Shown here one piece after another: positions 47,020-56,831 of a stretch of DNA of 64,000 nucleotides. The stretch lies in the IMG/VR virus record IMGVR_UViG_3300020156_000448, positions 61,054 through 125,053 of that record, one strand, 5' to 3'. How positions within the stretch are numbered: position 1 is the stretch's first letter; each line of letters opens with the position of its first letter. The position numbers were made by a program, and so were the translations under genes. The notes beneath the pieces were generated by a model. That model was not told the origin of the DNA. It did not search any database and worked only from the letters and a program-made list of their open reading frames with translations. The stretch is from a virus.

Positions 47020-48354
47020 ATGAGCACTAAAGAATGGAGACTTGACGAAGTTGAGTCTTTGATTGAATTAAAAAGCCGTGAACTCAGCGATAGTGATATT
47101 TCTGCTATCCTGAATCGCTCCAGAGATTCCATCCGAAAGAAGTGGAAGAGAGTTAAAGAAAATCCTCCTGTTGCGTTTGATAATAGTGTTGTAGTGGATT
47201 TTAAAACAGAAGAAGAAACCGTAAATCCGCATGAATATCTAGCCTCTAAGATTAAGTCGTTAAAAAGTGACCTTGTTCGCAAAGATGATCTAAAGACTTT
47301 TAGTGATTTGCTAAAGAGCAAGGCTTCCTATGAAATCCTTGGCGATAAGCTAGTTACTGCCGTTGAATCGTTGCCGCCTGTATCTCCACGTAAGCTAACC
47401 GTTCCTAAACCGACCACGAGTAGTTCTGAAGAAGTAGCAGTTCTCGTAATTTCCGATTGGCATGTAGGTCTGCTTGTAGACCCTGATGAGAATTATAATC
47501 TCGGCAATTTTAATATAGACATCTTTAGACAGCGTTGCAAAGAGATGACTCAGAGAGTCATAGATATTATTACTTTGCATCGTAAAATGTATCCAGTAAC
47601 AAAGCTAGTAATATTCTGCCTTGGAGATTTGGTTCAAGGTATGAATCGTGTAGGAAAATGGACTCCTGTTCATATGGAGCAGGACATCTTAACTCAGGTA
47701 TTCTCCTGTTTGGAAGAGCTTGAGATTATGATTGCAAAGTTCGTACAGTTCTTTGCGAACGTAGAATTCCATGGTGTAGTTGGAAATCATGGCAGAATGG
47801 CTGAAAAGGGCTTTGAGAAGGATTATGTAAACTGGGACTACCTAGCTTACATTTATCTACAAAAAGGCTTGCAGCATCAAGATAATCTATTATTTAATAT
47901 CGGCAAGAGCTTGATTCAAATCGCTCAGGTTCAGAATACTAAATTCTTACTCACTCATGGTGACGAGTTTAGAGGCGATGCAGGACTTCTTCGCGGAGAA
48001 ATGAGATATAGAGGCTTGATTTCTCAGTTTAAGAATCAAGATGAGGGCTTAAGACTACTTGCTCCATTTATTGAGCGTGTAGAGAAAAGTCCAAACAATA
48101 TGGCTCTTCAAACAGAATTAGTATCTGCTGCTCTTCAGTATGCCAAAGCTTTCGATCACATGGTTGTTGGACACATGCATATTGCTGGAGTAATGCCGAC
48201 AACCGCAGGCAATAAGATTATTCGTAATGGAACCTTAATTGGTGGTGATAACTACTCAATTAGAAATATTCAGAGTGCATCTGTGCCGACGCAGAAGTTA
48301 TTTGGTGTAAACCATAAAAGAATTACATGGCAGTATGACTTGGAACTTGATTAA
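47020..48354 (+). CDS. N-terminal HTH plus calcineurin-like metallophosphoesterase
   Basis: W...E..SL...SDSDISAILNRSRDSIRKKW (HTH); SDWHVG, LGDL, GNHG, HGD and GHMH. Confidence 0.85.
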   Translation: MSTKEWRLDEVESLIELKSRELSDSDISAILNRSRDSIRKKWKRVKENPPVAFDNSVVVDFKTEEETVNPHEYLASKIKSLKSDLVRKDDLKTFSDLLKSKASYEILGDKLVTAVESLPPVSPRKLTVPKPTTSSSEEVAVLVISDWHVGLLVDPDENYNLGNFNIDIFRQRCKEMTQRVIDIITLHRKMYPVTKLVIFCLGDLVQGMNRVGKWTPVHMEQDILTQVFSCLEELEIMIAKFVQFFANVEFHGVVGNHGRMAEKGFEKDYVNWDYLAYIYLQKGLQHQDNLLFNIGKSLIQIAQVQNTKFLLTHGDEFRGDAGLLRGEMRYRGLISQFKNQDEGLRLLAPFIERVEKSPNNMALQTELVSAALQYAKAFDHMVVGHMHIAGVMPTTAGNKIIRNGTLIGGDNYSIRNIQSASVPTQKLFGVNHKRITWQYDLELD

Positions 48355-48444
48355 TAAAGAATAATGACATATATCGCTTGTATACATTTTAGAGGTTATT
48401 TCTCATAGAAACCGTATATGTATTGTATACATCCTCGGAGGAAA

Positions 48445-48594
48445 ATGAAAATGGCAATGATTAAGCGTAGCGCGATCAAGAAAGAGAACATTCAGGACAT
48501 TAAAGTATCTGACGTTCAAAATGAAAATGTAAAACAAGGTTCTAACTGCTGTGACGGAAGCTGCAAGTGTAATTGTAAAGATAAGAATAGGTAA
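48445..48594 (+). CDS. 49-aa small ORF with a Cys-rich C-terminus (...[18 protein letters not shown])
   Basis: Strong GGAGGA Shine-Dalgarno directly upstream; translated by hand; overlaps the helicase start. Confidence 0.45.
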   Translation: MKMAMIKRSAIKKENIQDIKVSDVQNENVKQGSNCCDGSCKCNCKDKNR

Positions 48595-50143
48595 TGTAAA
48601 GAGTCAAATTCTTTATGATCCAGCAACTTATGGAGAGTATTTCCAAAGCTGTATGGATGCAATTGACAATCATACCACAGTAGTTGTAAAAGATCACGAG
48701 ATGACCCCTGCCTTCCAGAAGGGTTATTGGGATGGTATGATACACTTGTTTAATTCATGCACCATGAATAAGAATAATCTTGGTGCCTTTGAGTTTTACA
48801 CGGGAAAATTAAGAACCGTACTCGAAATCCTTCGCCGTTTCGGGTATACTGTAGAATTTATTGATAATCGGTATAGACCCGAAACGGGAAGAATCGAATA
48901 TGAATGGAATGAAAAATTCCCACCCTATGACTTCCAAGAAGAAATTATAAATACTGCCGTAGCAAAAAATAGAGGCATTATTAAATTGGCAACTGGCGGG
49001 GGTAAAACCAACGTTGCTGCTGGGGTAATCCAAAAACTTGGCGTAGCTCCCTTTATATTTTTTGTAACCACCAAAGACCTTATGGATCAGGCATATAAGC
49101 GTTTTAAAAGCCTATTAAAAACCGATAAGATTGGCAGAATTGGTGATGGTCATTGTGAAATTTACGATGTAAACGTTTGTACGATCCAGACATGCGTAAT
49201 GGCGTTTGGGAAAGAAGAAGAATATCTTGCTCAGCAAAAGAAAATGAGTTCTCTTCTTGAAGGCGGCAAGACATCTAAAGAAAAATTAGTTAGTGCAGAA
49301 CGCTATCAAGACATTAGAGACTTGGTAATAAATGCAGAAGGCATTATATTTGACGAAATTCACCATGCAGCAAGTGATACTTGTCGTATGATTCTAGAGT
49401 TCTGTGATAAAGCTTTATTTAGATACGGTCTTGGAGCCACTGTGGAACGAGATGATGGTTTAGATAAAGTTATCGAAGCCCTATTTGGTGACTATATTTG
49501 CAATATATCTTTATCATATTTGATTAAGCGTGGGTTCTTAATCCCGCCAACCATATTTATGGTTCCTCAAAAAGATGACTTAGGAATGTGTGAGAATTAT
49601 CAAACAGAATACAAAACATACGTTACAGAAAATCACACAAGAAATCAAAAAATAGCCCAATGCGCTGCTGCTGCAATTGGTGGCGGTCTTCAAACCTTAG
49701 TTCTAGTAAGGTATATTCCCCACGGGGAAAAATTAGAGAAGATGATTAATAATATTGCAGGAGAAGGTTCTGCTATATTATTGCATGGAACTTTATCAAG
49801 CGCAAAACGAAAAGAATTAATTGGTAAAATGCAGTCCAAAGAGTTGAAGTGCATTATTGCTACATCTTTAGCAGATGAAGGACTTGATATTCAGTGCTTA
49901 CAATGCTTAGTGCTTGCTGGATCAGGGAAATCCTTTGTAAAAACAATTCAAAGGATTGGACGTGTAATTCGTCTTGATCCAGATAATCCCAATAAAGTGG
50001 CTATTGTATATGATTTTATGGATTTAGCTTCAAAGATTCTAAAGAAGCATTCATTACGACGCATGGCAATTTATTTGGAAGAAGAAATGTTTAAAGTTAT
50101 TGATATGCGCAAACAAGCGATAAAATCGCGTAAGGTATTTTAA
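48551..50143 (+). CDS. SF2 DEAD/DEAH helicase (UvsW/XPB-like)
   Basis: [29 protein letters not shown] and QRIGRVIR. Confidence 0.9.
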   Translation: MTEAASVIVKIRIGNVKSQILYDPATYGEYFQSCMDAIDNHTTVVVKDHEMTPAFQKGYWDGMIHLFNSCTMNKNNLGAFEFYTGKLRTVLEILRRFGYTVEFIDNRYRPETGRIEYEWNEKFPPYDFQEEIINTAVAKNRGIIKLATGGGKTNVAAGVIQKLGVAPFIFFVTTKDLMDQAYKRFKSLLKTDKIGRIGDGHCEIYDVNVCTIQTCVMAFGKEEEYLAQQKKMSSLLEGGKTSKEKLVSAERYQDIRDLVINAEGIIFDEIHHAASDTCRMILEFCDKALFRYGLGATVERDDGLDKVIEALFGDYICNISLSYLIKRGFLIPPTIFMVPQKDDLGMCENYQTEYKTYVTENHTRNQKIAQCAAAAIGGGLQTLVLVRYIPHGEKLEKMINNIAGEGSAILLHGTLSSAKRKELIGKMQSKELKCIIATSLADEGLDIQCLQCLVLAGSGKSFVKTIQRIGRVIRLDPDNPNKVAIVYDFMDLASKILKKHSLRRMAIYLEEEMFKVIDMRKQAIKSRKVF

Positions 50144-50156
50144 GAGAGGTAAGAAC

Positions 50157-51185
50157 ATGGACTTTTACGAAATACTTGGCGTGACTCCAGAATCTTCTGA
50201 AGAAGAAATTAAAAAAGCTTACAGAAGTCTGAGTAAAAAATATCATCCTGATTTAAATCCTAATAATCCAGAAGCTGAAGCTAAGATGAAAGAAATTTCT
50301 GAAGCATATACTGTGCTATCTAATCCTGATAAGCGCAGAGAATATGATATGCGCGGCAATGGTGGATTTGATTTTAGAGGAGGTAATCCATTTACTTCCG
50401 GCTTTGCAGACTTTTTTGATCTAAATGATATTATGAACCAAGCTTACAGTAATGTAAGGAGACAGCAAGCTGCCGTATTCCCAGTCACATTAACATTCAA
50501 TGAAACGTTCTTTGGTACAACGAAAAAAATTGCTTTAAAAAATATCAAAGCAAAATGTCATGCTTGCAATGGTCTTGGAACTGCTGATGGCAGTAATCCT
50601 AAATGCGTAAAGTGTAGCGGCACAGGACAGGTTAGGAAGCTTCAGCGAAATGCTATGATGCAAGTGGTTACATCTGTTGCGTGTGACGATTGCCAAGGGA
50701 AAGGCGTTGGGAAAATCGATCACCCGTGCTCTGATTGTACTGGCAATGGGTATCTTCTAACAAATCACGAAATTCATGTGGAATTCCCTTCAGGGACAAA
50801 GGTTGGTGATAAGTTAGTCCTGAATGGAAGAGGTCATTATGACAGATCGGGATTTACTAATGATTTAGTAATAGCTGTTACAGAGGTTATTAACGATACT
50901 CCGTATTCAAGATATAGAGAAGATTTGTTTTTAGAGGTTTCTTTGCCACTTCATGAGGTAATTGGTAAAGAATTTATTGAAGTGTCTCACTTAGATGGAA
51001 AGAAATACCAAATATCTCCAAATAGCGGAAATGATGTATCGCAGTTTTCAGGACAGGGATTTGGTGGCAGACATCCTGGAATTAAGGGTAATTTCGTAGT
51101 AAAATTAAATATTAAAATGCCTAAGAATATCGAAGCTGAAAAGCTTAATAAGCTTAAGCAATTACTGAATGATGCTGAGTATTAA
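50157..51185 (+). CDS. dnaJ: DnaJ chaperone (type I)
   Basis: J-domain with HPD, a G/F region and four CxxCxGxG repeats. Confidence 0.95.
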   Translation: MDFYEILGVTPESSEEEIKKAYRSLSKKYHPDLNPNNPEAEAKMKEISEAYTVLSNPDKRREYDMRGNGGFDFRGGNPFTSGFADFFDLNDIMNQAYSNVRRQQAAVFPVTLTFNETFFGTTKKIALKNIKAKCHACNGLGTADGSNPKCVKCSGTGQVRKLQRNAMMQVVTSVACDDCQGKGVGKIDHPCSDCTGNGYLLTNHEIHVEFPSGTKVGDKLVLNGRGHYDRSGFTNDLVIAVTEVINDTPYSRYREDLFLEVSLPLHEVIGKEFIEVSHLDGKKYQISPNSGNDVSQFSGQGFGGRHPGIKGNFVVKLNIKMPKNIEAEKLNKLKQLLNDAEY

Positions 51186-53893
51186 TGGATATCGTTTACG
51201 ATTCTCAAACCAAAAGAATTCTTAATTATTACAACACTAGCGGAGAAGTCAATAGAAACGGTTCCGTAAAGCGCGTTACTGTTTTTAGAGACATGGCTAA
51301 GTTTATTCCTCAAGAAAGAACTGTGGTATGGTCATGGATAACTGCCGAAGAGCAAGTTCGTATACCAGCGCATTTTTATAGCAATTTTAGGAACTACTTC
51401 ATCGTAGAGGATGAAAATCTCCACACTCCCGTAGCAATTAGGTTGAATAATATTATTTATCCTGTAAAACAAGCGGTTCGGGCAGATCATGATCTGCCCA
51501 TAATTTGGCATGGGTTATTTTACGATAGTGTTAGTTATTCTTTAATTAACAGAAAAATGGCTTTTTCATTAGCTGATAGAGGGTACAATCTTCAAGTATT
51601 TCCGATTAAAAGAAGTCCAGATCGTAATGAATTATCTAAAGAAGACTTAGAGAAGCTAATTGAATTAGGCGCGAATAAGCCAAACCTTGCAGAAAGAGAT
51701 TGTATTAGACTACACTGTTACCTTCCCACAGATAGAACACCACCAGCTAAATTTAATATTGCCTATACTATGATGGAGAGTCATGGGGTTAGACCTTTTT
51801 ATATAAGCGCCCTTAACAGTGATTATAATGAATCATGGTTTCCTTGCTTTGTAGAAGGCACCAATATTTTGTTAAAGAATGATATAGAAAAAATTGAAAA
51901 TGTTAAGGTGGCTAAGAGAGCTTATACCAAGCAGGGCAATTATAATAGAGTAATGGTAACAAGTGTAAAGCCATACTCAGGCGAATTAGTTTCTGTAGAT
52001 ACTGCTCTAATGGATCAAAATCTACTTGGAACTGCTGACCATCCTACTTTTTGTGTTAGTTTTTCTTCGAGTGGAGAAATAATAAGAGATGGAATTAAGC
52101 CATTAAAAGAATTAACCCAACAGGACTGGCTTATGTATCCAAGAGAGAAGATAAATTATTCTCTTGAAGAATTCTCTTTGAGCGATATGTTGAAAAAGAA
52201 TTTAGGTCGATCCAAAACCGTTGAAACTTATAGAGACAAGATTGTAATTACATGTAAAGATTATGTTTATAATCACATGTTGGAAGAGTTGACTAAGTAT
52301 CCATTTTTAATGAGTGGATCGAATATTATTAATGATAAAATGATTGTTAATGATGAGTTTATTCAACTTTTAGCAATGGTATTTGAAATTAGTTTTGATC
52401 AGACTAAAAAAGGCACTTTCGTATTTACGTTCAAAAAAAGCGAAAGCGAGATGGCTCAGCAAATGAGCCAACTTATAACTAATTGTTTTGGGATTCTTAA
52501 TAAAGTTAAACCGTTCAAAAGTCAGTACTTGGTTTTTGTTTATTCGGAAGTATTTATTGAAATCATGAGTTGCCTCTTGATGGCTCTTGATGAAAAAGCT
52601 AAATTTGATATCTTTGGTCAGCTTAATGAAAGGCAGTTAAAATTATTTTTAGATACTCTATTTTCTACACAAAGCAAAACTGCTAAAGGGAAAGTTAAAT
52701 ATTTAGGCTCCAAATATAGAATTAATTATCTTACAAGGATTCTTCTTAATTTAGGTATATTTCCTACAATCAGCAGAACAGAAGTTGATAATATGAATCA
52801 ATTGGAATTATCGTGGGATCAAAGTTCTTTATTAGTAAAGGAGAATCCTGAAAATTCCCGTTCTGCGCACCATGTAGCTACGGATGAATATGTGTACTTT
52901 AAGGTGATCGGGAAAAAGACACTATCTGTAAAAGATTTTCCTGTATATAATCTGGAAGTTAAAAAAGACAATACCTATATCGCCAATTTTGTGTCTGTGC
53001 ATAACTGTAATTTTAATATCAAGGGCTTTGTTGACGCTGGCTTACAAAAACCTACCCAACACATGCCTTTGGCAATAGATCATAAAAAGTTTGTCCCTGG
53101 ATTAGAGCGCGTAGAGGATGTAAATTTTCATATCTTGAATCCGAAGCCTGATAGATTTCCAGCAAGACCTCAAGGGTTTAAGTTTTTAGCCATTTTTAGG
53201 TACTCTTATAGAAAGGGACCAGACCTACTAATAAAAGCCTTTAGAAAGGCGTTTAAAGCCACTGATGATGTATCCTTGATCATCTTTAGCCGATCATATT
53301 TAGGAAACGTAGAAAACGACTCTATAAATACGACAGAAGCAACTTTAGCTGATTTATCTAAGTGGGTGGCTGAAGATGAAAATTCTGCCCCAATATATTG
53401 GTGTAGAGATTATTTACCTGATGAATTAATGCCAAATCTTTACGGATGGGCAGACTGTTTTGTTAGCACTTCTCGCGGAGAGGGCTTTGGACTTCCTCCA
53501 ATTGAAGCTGCTGCTTGCAAGATTCCTGTTATTGCTCCTAATCATTCCGCTATGGGAGATTATATGAATAATGAAAATGGCTATGTAATAGAATTAGATG
53601 GATTACAATCTTGCGGAATGATGGTAAAAGATGGGAATAAATTAAAATACCAAGGTCCAGACCCAAATTGGGCTGGGTGGATAACCCCAGGATATGTAAA
53701 TCAGGAATTTCCAATATGGGGAGAATCTGCTGTAAAACAAACCGCTGAGCTTATGCAGAGTGTAATTGAAAACCCAGCAGAAGCTCAGCGAAGAGCAGAA
53801 ATTTTTTATCAATTTGTATTGGATAATTATACTTGGGAAAAGGCGATTGATAGAATTGGAAACAGACTTAATGAGATTAAGAAGAAAATCTAG
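51185..53893 (+). CDS. GT4-like glycosyltransferase interrupted by an intein
   Basis: YTMMES, RKGPDLLI, DCFVSTSRGEGFGLPPIEAAAC and YTWE; intein at aa 221-607. Confidence 0.88.
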   Translation: MDIVYDSQTKRILNYYNTSGEVNRNGSVKRVTVFRDMAKFIPQERTVVWSWITAEEQVRIPAHFYSNFRNYFIVEDENLHTPVAIRLNNIIYPVKQAVRADHDLPIIWHGLFYDSVSYSLINRKMAFSLADRGYNLQVFPIKRSPDRNELSKEDLEKLIELGANKPNLAERDCIRLHCYLPTDRTPPAKFNIAYTMMESHGVRPFYISALNSDYNESWFPCFVEGTNILLKNDIEKIENVKVAKRAYTKQGNYNRVMVTSVKPYSGELVSVDTALMDQNLLGTADHPTFCVSFSSSGEIIRDGIKPLKELTQQDWLMYPREKINYSLEEFSLSDMLKKNLGRSKTVETYRDKIVITCKDYVYNHMLEELTKYPFLMSGSNIINDKMIVNDEFIQLLAMVFEISFDQTKKGTFVFTFKKSESEMAQQMSQLITNCFGILNKVKPFKSQYLVFVYSEVFIEIMSCLLMALDEKAKFDIFGQLNERQLKLFLDTLFSTQSKTAKGKVKYLGSKYRINYLTRILLNLGIFPTISRTEVDNMNQLELSWDQSSLLVKENPENSRSAHHVATDEYVYFKVIGKKTLSVKDFPVYNLEVKKDNTYIANFVSVHNCNFNIKGFVDAGLQKPTQHMPLAIDHKKFVPGLERVEDVNFHILNPKPDRFPARPQGFKFLAIFRYSYRKGPDLLIKAFRKAFKATDDVSLIIFSRSYLGNVENDSINTTEATLADLSKWVAEDENSAPIYWCRDYLPDELMPNLYGWADCFVSTSRGEGFGLPPIEAAACKIPVIAPNHSAMGDYMNNENGYVIELDGLQSCGMMVKDGNKLKYQGPDPNWAGWITPGYVNQEFPIWGESAVKQTAELMQSVIENPAEAQRRAEIFYQFVLDNYTWEKAIDRIGNRLNEIKKKI
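51845..53005 (+). mobile_element. Intein (387 aa) with a decayed LAGLIDADG endonuclease
   Basis: Block A CFVEGTNILL, block B TADHP, block F VYNLEV, block G VHN followed by Cys(+1); the LAGLIDADG positions read LLAMVFEIS and FLDTLFSTQS. Confidence 0.9.
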
Positions 53894-54863
53894 CTATTGC
53901 TTCTGTTGTAATATCTGAATTCACCATTTGCTCTACAAGTTGTTTAAAGGTGAATTCGGGTTGCCATCCAAGCTTTTGTCTAATTTTGGTACTATCCCCA
54001 ACAAGTAAATCTACTTCTGCGGGACGCATAAACTTTGCATCTTGTTTTACAAATCTTTCCCAGTTAGGCTCATCAATACACTCAAAAGCCACTTGTAGAA
54101 AATCGCGCACAGAATGAGTTTCACCTGTGGCTACTACGTAATCATCTGGCTCATCGCATTCAAGCATCATTATCATTGCGCGGCAATAATCTTGAGCATG
54201 ACCCCAATCCCGTTTAGCATCTAAATTACCCAGAGTAATTGTTTGCTTTCGATCATAATAAATCTTTGCAATAGCTTTCGTGATTTTTCGGGTTACGAAT
54301 TCTTCACCTCTTGTTGGTGATTCATGATTAAATAGAATCCCGTTACTAGCGAACATACCATAGCTTTCACGATAGTTAACAGTCATGTTGTAACCAAAGC
54401 ATTTTGCCACTCCGTAAGGGCTTCTTGGATAAAATGGAGTTTGTTCTGTTTGTGGAACTTCTCTAACTTTTCCAAACATCTCTGAAGAGCTAGCCTGATA
54501 GAATTTAATCTTCTTGTTGAGAATTCGAATAGCTTCTAAGCAATTAAGTGTTCCCATGCTAACCACATTTGATGTTAGGATAGGTTGATTCCATGATTCT
54601 CCAACAAAAGATTGTGCCGCCAAATTATAAAAATGATCAGGATTCGCTGTTTCAATAGCATTGATGATTGAACTCTGATCGGTAACATCTCCGTAAAGAA
54701 GATGGAAATTTTCATTTGTCATCAAGTCTTGAATCCTTTGAAGATTATGGTTCGCTGTTCTTCTGGAGATTCCATATACTGTATAGCCCTTAGCTAAGAG
54801 TAGTCTTGACAAAATGCTTCCATCCATGCCAGTAACGCCAGTAATTAAGGCTGTCTTATTCAT
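53877..54863 (-). CDS. gmd: GDP-mannose 4,6-dehydratase
   Basis: ALITGVTGMDGS, NLAAQSFV, YQASSSEMFG, PRSPYGVAK, LFNHESP, FVTRKIT and RDWGHA. Confidence 0.96.
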   Translation of the reverse strand: MNKTALITGVTGMDGSILSRLLLAKGYTVYGISRRTANHNLQRIQDLMTNENFHLLYGDVTDQSSIINAIETANPDHFYNLAAQSFVGESWNQPILTSNVVSMGTLNCLEAIRILNKKIKFYQASSSEMFGKVREVPQTEQTPFYPRSPYGVAKCFGYNMTVNYRESYGMFASNGILFNHESPTRGEEFVTRKITKAIAKIYYDRKQTITLGNLDAKRDWGHAQDYCRAMIMMLECDEPDDYVVATGETHSVRDFLQVAFECIDEPNWERFVKQDAKFMRPAEVDLLVGDSTKIRQKLGWQPEFTFKQLVEQMVNSDITTEAIARFSS

Positions 54864-55339
54864 TATTTATTCTTTCTAATAAAGAAGTCATATCCATCAA
54901 CTTCTCTATGTTCACCAATTTTGTTTTTTAATTCTTCTAAACTGTAGGAATTTATCCACCAGTTAGCTTCCCTATTATTAGGATGTTTGTCTTTAGTGTT
55001 ATAGGAACATATAAGTAAGTTACATGTGTCTAAATGGTTGTCTAAAAATTCTGTTGCATTTATGTATTCTAAAATTCCAAGACCGATAATTATGTCAGCA
55101 TTTTTTAATACAAGTTTATTTATGTCTATGTTTACATCTGGATCACCAATTAAGTCATATCCTGTATAACTTCTATGGGGTAAAATTTCTTTTAATTTTT
55201 TGGTTCCGCATCCGATATCAGATACATCTCCAATATAATTACCCATAATATCTTTATACAGCTTTTTTAGAGCAATGGCTCTATCGTAGAATCCATTATT
55301 CCAGCCACTATGTTGTTTCCAGCTTTCTAATTTTTTCAT
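54863..55339 (-). CDS. Small class I SAM-dependent methyltransferase
   Basis: VSDIGCG, YTGYD and GILEYI. Confidence 0.75.
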   Translation of the reverse strand: MKKLESWKQHSGWNNGFYDRAIALKKLYKDIMGNYIGDVSDIGCGTKKLKEILPHRSYTGYDLIGDPDVNIDINKLVLKNADIIIGLGILEYINATEFLDNHLDTCNLLICSYNTKDKHPNNREANWWINSYSLEELKNKIGEHREVDGYDFFIRKNK

Positions 55340-56132
55340 TCAATATTTCTCTCATTAAATCAATATTATTAATGTGCCTACTTTCTTGAAAATCATCACA
55401 TTTAAATCTATAATTGAAAGACTCGTAGCTTTTACCTGACTTGAAAGCCGCGATAGTGGAATGAAGCTTCATTGTAAACATAAAATTAACATTTTCTTTT
55501 ATAAAACGTACATATTCTGGATAAGGTAGAACATCTAGACATGGCGCATTCGGAAAATCTTTTTTCATTAAAATTTTATCTTCTGGACAAACAGGCATAA
55601 GAATCAACGACTCTCCATTTGTCATTTGATAAATACGATCCTTTATTGCTTTTGTATCATATCTTCCAGGACTCTCTCCATAACTTGCAGCATAGTTAAA
55701 TTTACCATACTCGCCATACTTTGTTGCTCCTAATAATAAATCATCAGCTAAAGCCGAATCTCCAGAAATTGATCCAAATTTTATTTTTTCTAAAGTTTTA
55801 ATTCCTCTAACAAAAAAATCTTCTTCTTTAAAATACTCTGGTATAAGTGGAATCCAATTATAATTTTCAGTGCAGTCTATCTCATCATAACCGACGCCGA
55901 ATGCAAATGTACTTTTGATATTATTGACTTTTATATTCTCAACAAAATATTTGAAAGCATTTTCCTTCTGATTGGTTATAAGACTTCCCCCTCCCAGTAC
56001 AGCTAACTTACATCCCTTCGGGTTTGTTGTTATATATTTTCTATAGTTTGGAGATAGTGACAAAACGAATGATCTAAAAACTGCATCATCCCCCATATTA
56101 TGCCCAGTAGGATATCCGTGATAATAAATCAT
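55308..56132 (-). CDS. Polysaccharide pyruvyltransferase-like protein
   Basis: HNMGDDAV, GGGSL, GVG, VRG, GDSA and MKLHSTIAA. Confidence 0.8.
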   Translation of the reverse strand: MIYYHGYPTGHNMGDDAVFRSFVLSLSPNYRKYITTNPKGCKLAVLGGGSLITNQKENAFKYFVENIKVNNIKSTFAFGVGYDEIDCTENYNWIPLIPEYFKEEDFFVRGIKTLEKIKFGSISGDSALADDLLLGATKYGEYGKFNYAASYGESPGRYDTKAIKDRIYQMTNGESLILMPVCPEDKILMKKDFPNAPCLDVLPYPEYVRFIKENVNFMFTMKLHSTIAAFKSGKSYESFNYRFKCDDFQESRHINNIDLMREILNEKIRKLETT

Positions 56133-56133
56133 A

Positions 56134-56829
56134 CTACTCTGGCTTCTTTAAGAAAAATATGCACGAAGTAAATTGGAAGTTTCCAATGTTGTGTTTATCG
56201 CAATTATTGAAGTCAAATGAGGTCTCTCCTATTAACTCACATCCAGAAGGATCAATTAATCTTTCCTTTAGTGATGCGTTGTCGTAGAAATATCCCCCTC
56301 TCACCCAATTATGAGAGGCGCAAGCATCCGTTCCTATAATAATAGTTCCTCCAGGTTTACAGACTCTAGATGCCTCAATAATAGCTTTTGTGTCTCCTTG
56401 ATGTATGTGTTCAATTGCAGAAAAGGAAACAACGATATCTGCTGAATCATCCGCATAAGTTAAACTTGTCATATCTTGAAATTCACACGTTAACCGCTCA
56501 GGATTAATGGCAGATTTTTTCCATAATTTAGTCCAATAATCTAAGTCTCCCAAATCTCCCCACCCAAGAAATACGTCACTTGCAAAAACCTTTGATGCGT
56601 CCTTGGTTAAGTAGGAACAGAAAAGGGAGTCTCTTGCTCCCAATTCATAAACTACCTTGTCTTTAAAGTCTACGTTATATAGAGAAACGGCGCAATCAAA
56701 ACTGCGTCCATACTTATGCCATTTGGCATCTTCTAAGCAGAATTTTTTATAGGCATCTTCAATTTCTCGCACTTTAGGAAATTGAGAGTAGGTTGCTTCT
56801 TGGTTGTAATACTGATTGAGATGAATCAT
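56134..56829 (-). CDS. Class I SAM-dependent methyltransferase (start re-assigned to ATG 56829)
   Basis: VYELGA, QDMTSLTYAD.SADIVVSFSAIEHI and RVCKPGG. Confidence 0.85.
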   Translation of the reverse strand: MIHLNQYYNQEATYSQFPKVREIEDAYKKFCLEDAKWHKYGRSFDCAVSLYNVDFKDKVVYELGARDSLFCSYLTKDASKVFASDVFLGWGDLGDLDYWTKLWKKSAINPERLTCEFQDMTSLTYADDSADIVVSFSAIEHIHQGDTKAIIEASRVCKPGGTIIIGTDACASHNWVRGGYFYDNASLKERLIDPSGCELIGETSFDFNNCDKHNIGNFQFTSCIFFLKKPE

Positions 56830-56831
56830 AA

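Noticed and set aside
46953-47321. 122-aa minus-strand ORF at the edge of the origin region
   Set aside because: Antisense to the HTH-phosphoesterase gene, which has a clear Shine-Dalgarno and motifs.
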